Source: Lingula anatina (Eukaryota > Animalia > Brachiopoda). Taken from it: a stretch of 64,000 nucleotides of DNA. The stretch spans positions 15,562,001 through 15,626,000 of the forward strand of contig CM120642.1 in assembly GCA_051362555.1 (NCBI GenBank), given 5' to 3'. The notes beneath the pieces were generated by a model. It was not told where the DNA came from, made no database searches, and worked only from the letters and a program-made list of their open reading frames with translations. The position numbers were made by a program, and so were the translations under genes. The first letter of the stretch is position 1. Every line of letters starts with the position of its first letter. Positions 39,521 through 52,215 of this stretch are shown here, piece after piece.

Positions 39521-40352
39521 TATTAATGTGATGTTCAAGTTAGATTTTCACAGTTATTTACTGGTTATATCTCCAACGCAGTACCGTTTTTTCCGGTCTG
39601 GTCAGTCCAGTGAGTTAGCCAGTCAACTTCTTGGTGTTTCACTCGCACATCAGCATTCAAATTGCAGTGTACATAGCGTTTGTAAAAATAACTGAAATAT
39701 TTCATGGTTTCATAGCTGCTCTCTTGTTCCTCTTTATAACCGCGAGTCTGTAGCTCTCTGCCTTCTGCTCAAATCAGAGCCGCATCGACTTTACTTATTT
39801 AGAAGCAACTTCCAATTTCGTAAATGAATTCACACAAGCAATTTAATCTACAACAAATTATAGAAGCGTCTTTTAATCCTCCCAATATGTTTTGGATAAC
39901 GTCTAAATAACGTGTGCTCCAAGCAAACCACCTCGCCGGCCACAGGTGTACGGCCAAAAGACGGACTACGATTGTTTGTATCGTATATAGTTCAAGTTAC
40001 ATCAACTATTCACAAAGCACAAAATAAAGCACGACAAACTATGGTTAAGAGAGCAAAATCCCATGTTTGTAGCGTAAAATTTTCAATTGTATGGTCAGTC
40101 GGTATTATGCTCTGTCGGTAAAACGAAACAATGATATGTAATGAAAATATTGTTGAAGCATGTTTGCTTTATAACAGTCATGTGCACGTCGCTGTGTACA
40201 TTTTCATGGTTCATATAGGCCTACGATACAGTCTTGAGTCTTTTTTCATTGGAAATTTGATAGAAAGTAATGACGCAAAAATAAATAAACAAAGAAGTCA
40301 ACTGTGAAAGAGAATGCGCAGCAACACAGAAAGCAAAGAATAAAAAGCTCAC

Positions 40353-40422
40353 CGCGTTCACAAATGAGTGTGGAAAAGGTGCTGTAGATAAAACACGACC
40401 TCTTGAACATAAGAACCTGCAT
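40353..40422 (-). CDS. Candidate alternative first coding exon of the Mab21-like gene (MQVLMFKRSCFIYSTFSTLICER)
   Basis: 70 nt, CG|GTGAGC donor, phase 1. Confidence 0.3.
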
Positions 40423-41479
40423 AGCGACAGTAAGCAGATTAAATCCAGATTAAGGCGTATACTATAGAATGAAATACAAAGACGAGGTCTATAGTATATT
40501 GGATAAAATCAAAGTTATGCAACATCCTTTATACATATTGTTTTGAACTTTTATACATCATTCTGAAGTTTTTTTTTTAAATTAAAAAGATCAAAAATCA
40601 TGATTTATGTTATTTTTTTCTTCTGTAAGACCTCCACACATTACGCTTGAGAACGTAGCGAGATATATTTAGACATATTTATTTCCATAATATACAAAAT
40701 ATTTTATATATCATTATATATATATTTCAGACAAAACAGGGGGAAAGGGGGAATCTAATACATGGATTAAAAAAATCCTAACGCGGCTACTGTTCAACAA
40801 ATGTCTGCCATGCAATTACCAGCACATACCAGCTCAGAATGCTGGTAGTTGCCTTACAGTTGCTTCTCTGTGGCAATGGGCACTGTGACAACAACAACAA
40901 CAATGATATCGATAATTATGATAAAATACTTTTTCTTGTCTGGTGAATGACTGATTGAAAATGAATCTTACTTGCGTTATGGAAAATTAACATAATTCAG
41001 GATATTTCTTGGTCATAAGTTAAAACTGTCCATTTACAACGCAAAAGAAAAAAATCCTACACAGTTTTATGCCAACCAATTGCAAATGTTATGTCACTGT
41101 AGTTGGGCCATGTCAAATCAAAACCAAATAGATTTACATTAAAAACTTGACATTAAAATATGTCTATAGATAATCATATTTCTAAAAGTTGCCTGAATTA
41201 TGAGACCTAGCATTTACATCGTTTAAAGCTTGTTAAGATTCATGACATTATGATTTTACAACCCATCAATTTAGGAAATTTATCTTTAATAAGAATATAA
41301 ATACCCATTGGCTAAAACATTTGTTTTCATTGTTCATTTTGGTCTATTGAGGGTAAGGGGGTAGAAGTAGGGGTATGCTCAGACTTCCAATTACTAATTT
41401 TTCACAATTGCCCGTTATTTGCTATAGCTTGACATCTTTAAGTCCAATACTTTTAAATTTCTCAGATCATTGGCCTTAC

Positions 41480-41579
41480 CTCCATTTTCAGAGGGGGGCA
41501 CCACCTGTAACTCTCTGCCGTCTATCCACGGCCTGGCCACCATATCCCACAACGTCCCCGCCTTGCTTTCTTGCTGCAT
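41480..41579 (-). CDS. Candidate alternative first coding exon of the Mab21-like gene (MQQESKAGTLWDMVARPWIDGRELQVVPPSENG)
   Basis: GC-rich, 100 nt, in-frame stop upstream of the ATG, strong AG|GTAAGG donor, phase 1. Confidence 0.5.
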
Positions 41580-42899
41580 GTCTCTAGCGGGTATTGAACA
41601 GGTAGTCTAAGTATCGAGATGATAGCCTGGAGGGACAGGCCTAAACAGCCCAAGTTTGCTGACACGAGAGCGTTAACGGCGGTGAGCGGTTTTAAGTTTC
41701 ACGTAGCAACACTGCTGATAGATCACAGTCGGTAGGAAGGTTTTTTTCTCAAAACTTCGATGAACCTTGTGCGCTCACCTCAGATGGTCTACAGTCAGGA
41801 TAATGATCCTGGGGGAAATTACTCCTGTTGAGCAAGATGACAGTCAGACTGTGCCTTAATGTCACAATTTCCCCCAAGTCTTCTTAATGTGGCCCGTCCG
41901 CATACAAGTAACTCCACGAGTTCCTATAGAAGCCACCAAACGGGTCAAAATAGGGCCGTAGCAAATGAGTTCAATATCCAATAAACTAGTGAAATATTAT
42001 CATAAGTTTCATCTCCAGTTACATCAACACAGACGACTTTGATATTACGTACACCAGTCATATATCCACGAAACACAGCGATTTCATCTTTCAGTGGCCT
42101 TTTTCTGCGACCATTGCTTATTCAGCCTTCTGTTTATTCAACTCAATCTACAAATCCCGTCTTTTCTGTTTGCTTAGAATCAACTGTTCCCACTCGTTAC
42201 CCTCAATACAAATGTAAAAACCATCATATTTTGATAGGCGCATTATCATAATCCACCCATAATATATTTTTCCGCACCCATGAGTCTTTTACCTAGTCTA
42301 TTTTGTATATTTTAAGTGACAATTATGTTCTTTTTTCAGTATCGGTAAGTAGAATATAAGCATGTGAAGCACGCGTTGAATGTAAACAAAGAGGGTCAGT
42401 AGAATCGAAGTGATGGATACAATCAACATGCCGTTACTAAAAGCAACAAGCCTAGCGGGCTTGGCTTACGGAAAACTTATTAGGACAGGGTTTTAGCTTA
42501 AATCTTTTTCTAGAAATATTCTTATAATAAAGGTAAATGTTTGACAAAAATACAATTAGATTTTTATGATTCGATTTTCAAAAGAATGAAATTGTAAAAG
42601 GTATCTGCAATTTTGTTTTATTTCATTAGCTATTTTTGTATAATGAGCTTTCGTATAAAGGAATCATAATGAGTGAATTTCTCCGCTAACACAATTTGCG
42701 CGAGTCACTATGAATGTTACCCGTTTTTCTTCCGTGATTTTAGGGGGCGTTTTTCACTTTTTATACAGCACCATTAAGACATCACGATTTGCCTGCACGT
42801 CTCGCGAAGACGTTTACTGCACTCTGAATTTTTCCTGTTTTTTCTCCTACGATTGTTGGGGGCGTTTTTCACTTTTTATACAGCGTTATTACGATACCA

Positions 42900-43658
42900 T
42901 AGTCCGGTTGCTTAGGGCAAAAAAATAGCCAAATCGTGACACGGCGGATAAAAGCACCAAATTTTGCATGTGAGTACCTTTTGACATACTAAATCAAATT
43001 AGAGCCGTAGCCCACGGAAAAAAATTACCGTTTGGCCAAAAAATCCAAAATGGCCGCCAATTTGTGAAATTCTGTAGAAATATACACATACCTATGTTGA
43101 TTTTTATCAAATAAAGTATTTTCTCAATGTTTTCCACATCCTTATTACCCATATATTGTATATATGTCAGATAACAAACGAGTGGCCTTGGACTTTTTGA
43201 AAAATCCAAGATGGCCGCCGTATGGCATAGGAATACTAGAACATGTACAAGGGGTTTCAACTAATGCCAACAAGGAAGATGCATTGCCCACTAATTAATT
43301 TTGTTTCTGAGTGCCTTATAAGAGAAATAATATATTTGTGGTGAGTAACTAACCTTTATTCTCAGGCATTTCGAGAAAAATCCAAGATGGCCACCGTATC
43401 AAAGGAACACTATAGTATACACATAGGGCTTCTTCTGCCATGGAGATATAATATTAATTGATGAATTAGGTTTGTTTCTGACTATTTTCCACATCTTTTT
43501 AATCCACATAATATATATGTGATGAGAATGTTATGTGTATCCTTTCTGAAAACAAAACAAAACAAAATGGCTGCCATTATCCATAGAAGGTGGGGTTCAG
43601 TTAAAACCTGCGAGAGATAGGTTTCCATATAAAATGAAGCTAAATTCAGTTGTTTTTC

Positions 43659-43718
<60 letters not shown>

Positions 43719-45641
43719 CCCATGATACATATCTGCTAGGTAATAAATGTCCATATCTGATCATTTTGGGGAAACCCAAGATGGCCTTCTTTTCCTCATA
43801 GGAAAGCTGTTGCATCGGACTTTATAGGCACTTCTAAGGCAAATCAGGGTAATCATGATATTTTGTCAAAATACTTTAGGGTACACACTTGTTACCCACC
43901 AGATAGATATCTCAAAGTCCAAAAAGAATGTAGGAAATACCGAGAAACAAAATTCATTTTCTATTGAATCCAATGTCTCTCTGGCACAAGTTGACTGTAC
44001 TATTCCTACTGTGAATTGCAGCAATCTTGAATTTTCTCAAATACATAAGATGCACAGTTGCTATACACCAGATTTATACAGAGTAAGGTTAATAAGGGTG
44101 TCAACATGTTTGAACACCAAACGGCTTTATTTCATGTTGGAATCAATGTCTGAACTGTTCCATTAATTGACACCTATGTGCATTTGAATGATATATTCCT
44201 ATGACAACTGGCAGCTATCTTGGGTTTTCTCCGAATAGTACTCAAGGATACATACACTTTCTACACACACAGAGTCTTTCTTAAGGATTAATAGGATATG
44301 AAAGGAAAAACATTCAAAAACGAAAGTTAACGACATTTAAATTGTACTCATTGTATCTCTGGCATTATTTGATTATGTGTACGAATATTCTAATGACAAA
44401 AGGCAGACATCTTGAATTTTTTTCAGAATACCCAAAGATACACATATGCTACAGACGAGGTAGACATCAAAGGGGTAATAGTAAATGGAATGAAAAACGT
44501 AAATTATTTTTAAAACAAACCCATGGTAATGTAATTGTATAATGAACCACATGCCTCTCTTGCAGCAATTGAATCCCACCCATTAGTATTCCTAAGTAAA
44601 ATTGTAGTTATCTTGGATTTTCTCAGAATAACCAAGGATGCACACTATTTACACAACAGGTATATATCACGGGACTAATAAGGATGGGCAAAACTTGATA
44701 AACAAACACAAGTTCACCCTGGTAGTAGATGAAAAGCCATGGTATGCAGTTGTAATTCCAGCAGTATTCCTATGGCCAATGACGGCCATCTTGGATTTTC
44801 TCAAAATAATCAAATATGCTCATTTATTACCTGCTAGATATGTATCACAGTGTAATAATAATGTGTAGAACACTGAAAAAATAAACTGAATTTGATAGTG
44901 AGTCATGTTTTTCCTAGCTGGCATTAGTTCTTACCCTTTGTAATACTAGGTGAATTCCTATGACATATGGTGGCCATCTTGGATTTTCTCAAAATGCCCA
45001 AGAATACATGTTAGTTACACACCACATTCATATTGTGTGGGTGGAAAGGATGTGGAAAACACTCAGAAACAAACTAAATTTGATAGTGGAAAATTTATCT
45101 TTCCAGTTGCCATTAGTTGAATCCCCCGTATACTACAATTCCTGTGGCACATGGCAGCCATCTTGGATTTTCCAAAATGCCCTAGAACACTTCGTAGTTA
45201 CTCACCACAAACATATTATGTGGGTAACAAAAATCTGAGAAACAGACTTATTTTGATAGTGGACAACGTATCTTTCTAGCTGGTATTATAGTTGTGCACT
45301 AGTATTCCTATGGCTGTTTCTATGGCATATGACAGCCATCTTGGATTTTTTCAAAAAGTCCAAGGGAATTTGTTTGCTATCTGACATATATGAATAAAAT
45401 GGGTAATTAGGGTGTGGAAAACTCTTAGAAAATAATTTATTTAATAAAAATCAACATGGGTGTGTACACATTTCTATAGAATTCCATAAATTGGCAGCCA
45501 TTTTGGATTTTTTGACCAAACGGTAAATTGTTTCAGAGGGCTACGGCTCTAATTTGATTTAAAATGTCAAAAGGTAACTACATGCCAAATTTGGTGCTTT
45601 TATCCGCCGTGTCACGATTTTTTCCTTAAGCCACCGGACTA
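42900..45641. mobile_element. 2.74-kb non-autonomous foldback-type DNA transposon, Academ-like
   Basis: Termini TAGTCCGG...CCGGACTA with a 3-bp CCA duplication (42897-42899, 45642-45644). Imperfect inverted arms run for several hundred bp and are built of ~180-bp subrepeats. A 5'-TAG terminus with a 3-4 bp TSD is characteristic of Academ. No ORF. Confidence 0.85.
43661..43718. repeat. (ATT)n microsatellite
   Basis: Directly visible inside the Academ-like element. Confidence 0.95.
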
Positions 45642-47537
45642 CCAGTGGCAGAGGCCGGTAAAGGTGTAACTATTCCCTGGGTTCGTTTCCAGCACGCCCA
45701 CATTAAATTCCATGAGATAAAAATGAAATCTCCACGCCGTCAGAAAAATATGCTTCGTATAAGCTGTGTAATTTCACGTTAAGGTTATTTCATCATTTTG
45801 GCTTTGGCGCAAAGACCACTTTCTACTTTTTTACTTCTCACCCCAACCCCCGACCCCGTTGAGGTAGATTGTTTAACTCCATCTTCAGCTAAAAGTACAC
45901 TTTTTTATTTGGGTTATTAGAGACTCAGTCTTCTAAAAAAATGTGCAATGTCCTCTTCATTATATGGTTGTATGCTTTTTGTTAATTTTTTTTAAAATAA
46001 AAGACCATTTGTGTAATTGTAGAAGGGACCTTTTTTATATCCAACTAATTAGTAAAGAAATTGAAAGAAGGAAAAAAATTGCAGACTATCAGGCCTGTAC
46101 CCAGCCATTTCAAAAGAGGGGGCGTGATTTCCTGAAAAAGTTGACCTTTTCCCATGAAACCTCCGTGTACGTAGGTCATAAATTGCCCAGAGCAGACAAC
46201 CTTCTTCTGGGGTTCGAACCCACCCCCCCTTTCCGGCTACAGACCTGTTTATTTTGGTAATTAACATAAACGATCGCAGGGGCTGAGGGAGGTTACCCCC
46301 TCCCCCCCCTCCTCCCACACACATTCACGAAAGTTTTTTTTAACCATTTCAGTTCTAAAACAGGGGAAAAGGGGAACTATGAAGCCCTACATATGCCATC
46401 TTCTTTCAAGCAAATATAAAGTAGTTGAAATATTTAAGGAAATGTAAAAAGTAAAGTAAGTAAAATATTAAATCACACCAAGTACATGTATATTATCCTT
46501 TCGTTAGCCCTTTTCCTTGTAAAATTAAAGCTACCAAAAATGGACAACTCTACATAAATATTTATAGCAAAAGTGCAATGTGGATCGGTGAATATTGTGG
46601 ATCAGTGTCCCAGTGTACGCGGACAAGGTCGTCCAATGGGGCAGGTTAGTAAACTACAGGTTGATATCATGTCAACAAGATGCAAGGACACGGTCAATCA
46701 TAATAGGGGGAGAGGCGTGCGTGGTTTTCCTCCAAAAACCATTATAACATTGATTCTTCCCTCCGAAGTAAATGCATATTTTTGACTTTTTAAACAAAAA
46801 AGTTAAGGTATGAAAACACTGAATGCATTTCAATCGTAGGTGTTTATACAATACAATAATGAAATTTGGGCATCACTCTCATGACACTCACGACACCCCC
46901 GCGTTCATACTGACAACATGGTGACGACAGCAACGCCCCCTGGAAGTCTAAGAGCGGGCAATTGTGAACGTGTAATAACTTTACAGCACACAGAGCAGCA
47001 TGATGGACATATTGCGTTGCACTCCAGAGGAAAACAATGTACGCGAATTGAGCGAAGTGAGCGCGAATTTCTTAGGGGAACCGCCGTGTGATCCTACGCT
47101 AATGCATCGTAGTTGAGGATAACTTCTTTACTAGCACAAAACACCGAATGTTTCGTCTTTCTCCCATAGTGTGCTTCTGTAAATTCGACTCTTCAATCCA
47201 TACGGACTCGTCGCTCTGGGAAATGTACATGTACAAATAACACGCAGCTCTTAGCCCGAACGTCAAATAACTGCCACAGGAAAATTCATCTTCAATAGAC
47301 TGAAATCCAAGCTACTGGAGATGGGTAAGTGCCACCATGTCATTCTCTCTTTTCATTTCTCTCATATTCAACTTAATTACGCCCATGTTTCTACAGTAGG
47401 TCGTTCTTAATTGCCCTTTGAGGCTAGAACCAAGAGTCATATGCCCTATTTAGGTCACGCTAGTTGAGGTTTGTTGTCGTGTTTCTCTTCTAAAGCTGAT
47501 GTGCATTTTCTCTCAAGTGTGAGTGAGTGTTGTTCCC

Positions 47538-48235
47538 TTTTTATGTACAGACACAGATGTGTCTGTACATATAGCCGTCACCTGCGTCTGTCGTCGCCGT
47601 GCACTTTTACCGATAACACGATAAGTGGAAAACCATTTTTTCTTTTGGCTTGAAACTTATAGAACTGATGAATCTTCATGATACGCAGGTCAAGTTCGAA
47701 AAACAGCATGATCGGGCTATTTTTAGGGAAGTTATGCTGTTTTTCCACTTTTTTTCAGCATTTATATAACACCGATAACACGATTAGTGAAAACCCGTTT
47801 TACTTTTTGGCTTGAAACTTATAGAACTGATGAATATTCACAATACGCAGGTAAAGTTCGAAAATCAGCATTATCGGGCCGTTTTTATGGAAGTTATGCT
47901 TTTTTTTCACTTTTTCAGCATATATGCAGCACCGATAACACGATAAGTGGAAAACCGTTTTTCCTTTTGGATTGAAATTTACAGAACTGATTAATATTCA
48001 TAATATGTAGGTTAAGTTTGAAAATAAGCTTGATTGGACTATTTTTTTTTTTACAAAAGTTATGCTGTTGTTTTCTGTATTTAGCATATATGCAACAATG
48101 ATAACGCACTTTAAGGAAAACCAATCAGCCTTTTGTCTTGCAACTCACAGGAGTGATAAGTCTGACTAATACAGATCAAGTTTGAAAATAAGCTTGATCA
48201 GTTAAGTTTTGATGAAGTTATTAGCCTTTTTTATG
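47538..48235 (+). repeat. ~160-bp tandem repeat (about 4 units) with HINE/Helentron-like head
   Basis: The unit CCGATAACACGATAAGTGGAAAACC...GAAACTTATAGAACTGATGAAT...GGTCAAGTTCGAAAA...GAAGTTATGCTG recurs at 47611, 47772, 47932 and (decayed) ~48097. It is preceded by the palindrome TGTACAGACACAGATGTGTCTGTACA and a GTC-rich tract. It resembles bivalve ~160-170-bp Helentron-borne satellites. Confidence 0.75.
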
Positions 48236-49080
48236 TTAGTGGTTTTTCTTCAGACTTAATTCTTAGGCATGTTAACAGTCTTATTATGGAACTAATTAGA
48301 TATGTAAAAGTGTTGTTTTGACATTTTCCGCTTCAAAACAATATTGTTAGTTGATTATATAAAAACGACAGTCAACCTGTTATCGTGCATTCTGTAATAA
48401 AGTATCAAAAATGGAAATATCATTGCAGTTCGGCAGGTTCCATCCTCACTAAGTCAAGAATCTCAGAATGGAGCAACTTGGACGTTTAAAATTGTTTCAT
48501 TGATATTTTTCCTTTGAAAACCAATTTTAATTAATCTTATAAAAATGACAGTACTGTAAATTGATTAATTTGTTTTATGAAAAAAAGGTGTTAAAAATGG
48601 AAAACAACTCTTTTCAATACAGTTATCTCTTGTTTACATTTGGGGATTTTCAAAGTGTGACTCTGAACTCTATGGGCTAGTCACATTTTTTAAATATCCA
48701 TGATACTTTTATTTTATTATTTAAAAAATGATGGTTATTATGCTGTTAAGCATTGTGTAATATTGCATCACATTTGAACAAAACCCTATTTTGGGCACTG
48801 CCTCCATAGTGACTGTGAAAGGAAAACCATGTCACTTACTCTTCTCACACTTACAGGGAAGAAACAGGACTGAAATACAATAGTAGATGTTTAAAAAATG
48901 GTGGTATTTATAGAGTTAATCATTATGTAATGTTGCATCAAAATTGACAAAAAACCTACTTTGTGCACTGCCACCTTTAACATTATGGAAAGGAAACTTA
49001 CAAGAATGATTCTTAGGATTGACATATAGCTCATATTAGATAACCAGCTCTATTGGATTATCGTTTTTATTAAATTTATG

Positions 49081-49113
<33 letters not shown>

Positions 49114-49355
49114 TGAAATTTTCATTTTTCTCATTCTGGCACTTTATAAGTGTAAACTTGAACTCTGATGGGCCTGAAGCCTTATGCTTTTACTTTCATC
49201 AGTGTTACCTGTTGTGCATAATTAAATTTGATGTTAACTGTACAGTTAAACATAATGTATTATTGCATCAGAATTGGTAGTCTCCTATTTTGTGCATTGT
49301 TGTTTTGTGCTTTTCTTAAGGTGTGACTTATGGGCCTGAAGACCTTTGAGAGTCT

Positions 49356-49619
49356 CAGATCGCATTCACAACGAGTTAAGCCAGGCTTTAAAAATCCTGG
49401 GGACTAAATATGGCGGTCGTACATGAAAGAAAAACCGCCTAATCTTTTAATAGTCTCCCCGCCTCTCACACCCCTCCCCACACGTCGTCCCTGCGGGGGG
49501 CAGTCATTAAATCTCGGCTCCATTGGGACGACACATGGGGAGGCGTGTGAGAGGGCATCCGCCATATTTAGTCTCCAGGATTTGTAAAGCCTGGCTCAAC
49601 TCGTTGCGAATGGGATCTC
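49356..49619. mobile_element. 264-bp almost fully palindromic MITE
   Basis: ~60-bp outer inverted repeat (AGATCGCATTCACAACGAGTTAAGCCAGGCTTT...AAATATGGCGG) plus an inner ~30-bp inverted repeat. AGTCT flanks both sides. Confidence 0.8.
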
Positions 49620-49834
49620 AGTCTGTAAATTTCCCTTGGGTATCACTAGGCTAATTTCAGAGTTATTTAGTCACTTGCATAATTAAGTGGCCATTAAATG
49701 AGATTACATAAAGGACAGTTGTTGATATTTCCCTGTAAACTCCCAAAGGTTAAGCTCTCTGCTAGATTACAATATCCATAATAAGGAAACAGTGATAATT
49801 ATGCAGGTAAATTTTGTTTAATATTGCAAAAAAG

Positions 49835-49894
<60 letters not shown>

Positions 49895-49937
49895 AACTAA
49901 GATAAAAAGTTTGAATAGCAGCTTCACTGGAATTATA

Positions 49938-50166
49938 TTTACCTCCGCCAAGGAGGTTATGTTTTCACCCCTGTTTGTCTGTCATCAACATAACTCAAAA
50001 TGTTATGGACTGATTTGGATGAAATTTTCAGGCCTGTCAGAAGTGGGTCAAGGAGGAGATGAATAGTTTTTTGGTGGTGGCCCAAATCAATAATCAATCA
50101 GTAATCAATAATTATCAAAAATTGCTGCCTTGGCAGAGGTATGCGCTCTTGGAGTGCTTTTCTAGT
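49938..50166 (+). mobile_element. Short Helentron-associated element (HINE/DINE-1-like)
   Basis: Subterminal inverted repeat ACCTCCGCCAAGG / CCTTGGCAGAGGT, a short GTCT tract, and a 3' hairpin GCGCTC-TTG-GAGTGC followed by TTTTCTAGTT. Inserted in T-rich DNA. Confidence 0.75.
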
Positions 50167-50719
50167 TTTGTTTTGTTTTCTTTTTAATTTTTTCTCAAAC
50201 ATTGGCATTTGTGACTTTTTACTCCCATCCGCCTGAGGCTCTGCACATTTTCTGTATTTCCACATAAGCAGTTGTATTGGTTTTTATGTCTTTAAACATT
50301 ATGTAATATTATTTTATGCACTGTCATCATTTTTCAAATATTGGGACTTTCATCATGTGAAGCTGAACACTCATGGTCCTGAAACTGTAATCTTATTGAA
50401 GGGGTGGATTGAGACCATCTTCTGGGTCTTTCGGAAGTTGGTCAGGTTTTTAAGTGTATATTGACCGATACATGTATCTATTTTTTTCTGTGGGAAAACC
50501 ATCAAAATGGAGGTTGGATCAACATAGATACGTTGGAATTCTGTCAGAAAATATCTTTGGATCCGCTCCTGTTATTGACCATGTTACCTGTTGTGCATGA
50601 TTAAAATTCAGTGTTAATTGACAGTGCTATTATAAGTATTATTTATTATTGCATCAAAATTGACAAAATGACCTATTTTGCATCTTAATTTTCTGTTTTT
50701 TGTCTGTACATTTGACAGC

Positions 50720-52215
50720 TTTGCTGCCTTGATTCTTTTGGCTTGAAAATTACAGAACTGATGAATATTCATAATACGCAGGTCAAGTTCGAAAATCAGC
50801 ATGATCGGGCCATTATTGTAGAAGTTAAGCTGTTTTTTCACTTTTCAGCATATATGCAACACTGTTAACACATTTCAAGGAAAACCGATAGGCCTGTTGT
50901 CATGAAACTCACAGGAGTAATCAATCTTACTAAAAGGCAGGTCAAGTTCGAAAATCAGTAGATCGGGCCACTGTTTTAGTAGTTATGCTGTTTTTTCACT
51001 TTTGAGCATATATGCAACACTATATAATATAAGAAAAAAATTGTCATGAAACTCACAGGAGTGGTCAATTTTACTAAAACGCAGGTTGAGTTCAAAAATC
51101 AGCATTATTATCATTTTTTGCATATTCATTGTGGGACTCAGAGCTCCCATGGACTTGAAGCCGAATGGTTATAAAATTTTCTACTTGTCCATGCTATTTA
51201 TAGTCAATAATCAGAAATTGGTGATAATTATTCTATAATTTATTATGTAATGTTACATCAAAATTGACAAAAATCTTTTTGCACTGCTACTACAAACATT
51301 ATGAAAAGAAAACTGTGTTACTTATAATTATATTTAACTTTCCAGTATGATTTTTAGGATTGGCATGCAGTTCAAATTAGAAAGCCAGCTCAATTGGGTT
51401 ATCATTTATTATTGAATTTATGCAGTTTTGTGTGAAATTTTCATTTTTCTCATTCTGGCATTTTCAAAGTGTGAACTTGAACTCCCATCGGCCTGAAGCC
51501 TTATGCTTGTTACACATTTTACTTACATTGGTATTACCTGTTGAGCATAATTAAAATTTGATGTTGAATTTGCAGTTAAGCATAATGTACTTTTGCATCA
51601 GAATTGACAGTAGCCTACTTTGTGCATTGTTATTTTCTGCTTTTTGTCCATACATTTGACAGCTTTGCTGCCTTGTTCACTTTTTTTAGCATATATGTAA
51701 CACCGATGGCACCATAAGTGATAAAATGTTTTACCTTTTGGCTTGAAACTTACAGAACTGATGAATATTTATAATCTGCTGGTCAAGGTGGAAAATCAGC
51801 ATTATCGGGCCATTTTTTTGTACAGACACAGTCTGTACATATAGCTGTCACCTGCATCTGTTGTCGCCGTCGCTGTGCACTCAGCAATAACACGATAAGT
51901 GGAATACCGTTTTACTTTTTGTATTCAAACTTACAGAACTGATGAATATTCATAATACGCAGGTCAAAATCAAAAATCAGCATGATCTGGCCATTTTTAG
52001 GGAAGTTATGCTGTTTTTTCACTTTTTTCAGCATTTTTGCAACACCGATAACACAATAAGTGAAAAAACGTTTTACCTTTTGGCTTGAAACTTATAGAAC
52101 TGATGAATATTCACAATACGCAGGTAAAGTTTGAAAATCAGCATGATCTGGCCATCTTTATGGAAGTTATGCTGTTTTTTCACTTTTTTCAGCATTCATG
52201 CAACACCGATAACAC
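50720..52215 (+). repeat. Further copies of the ~160-bp HINE-type repeat, interleaved with a duplicated AT-rich block
   Basis: The unit of 47538-48235 recurs at ~50730-51110 and ~51690-52215, with a second head palindrome at ~51819-51839. Block 51220-51650 duplicates 48900-49320. A further fragment lies at ~60830-61040. Confidence 0.7.

Noticed and set aside
43482-43815. Poly-Ile and poly-Asn ORFs
   Set aside because: They are translations of the (ATT)n microsatellite.
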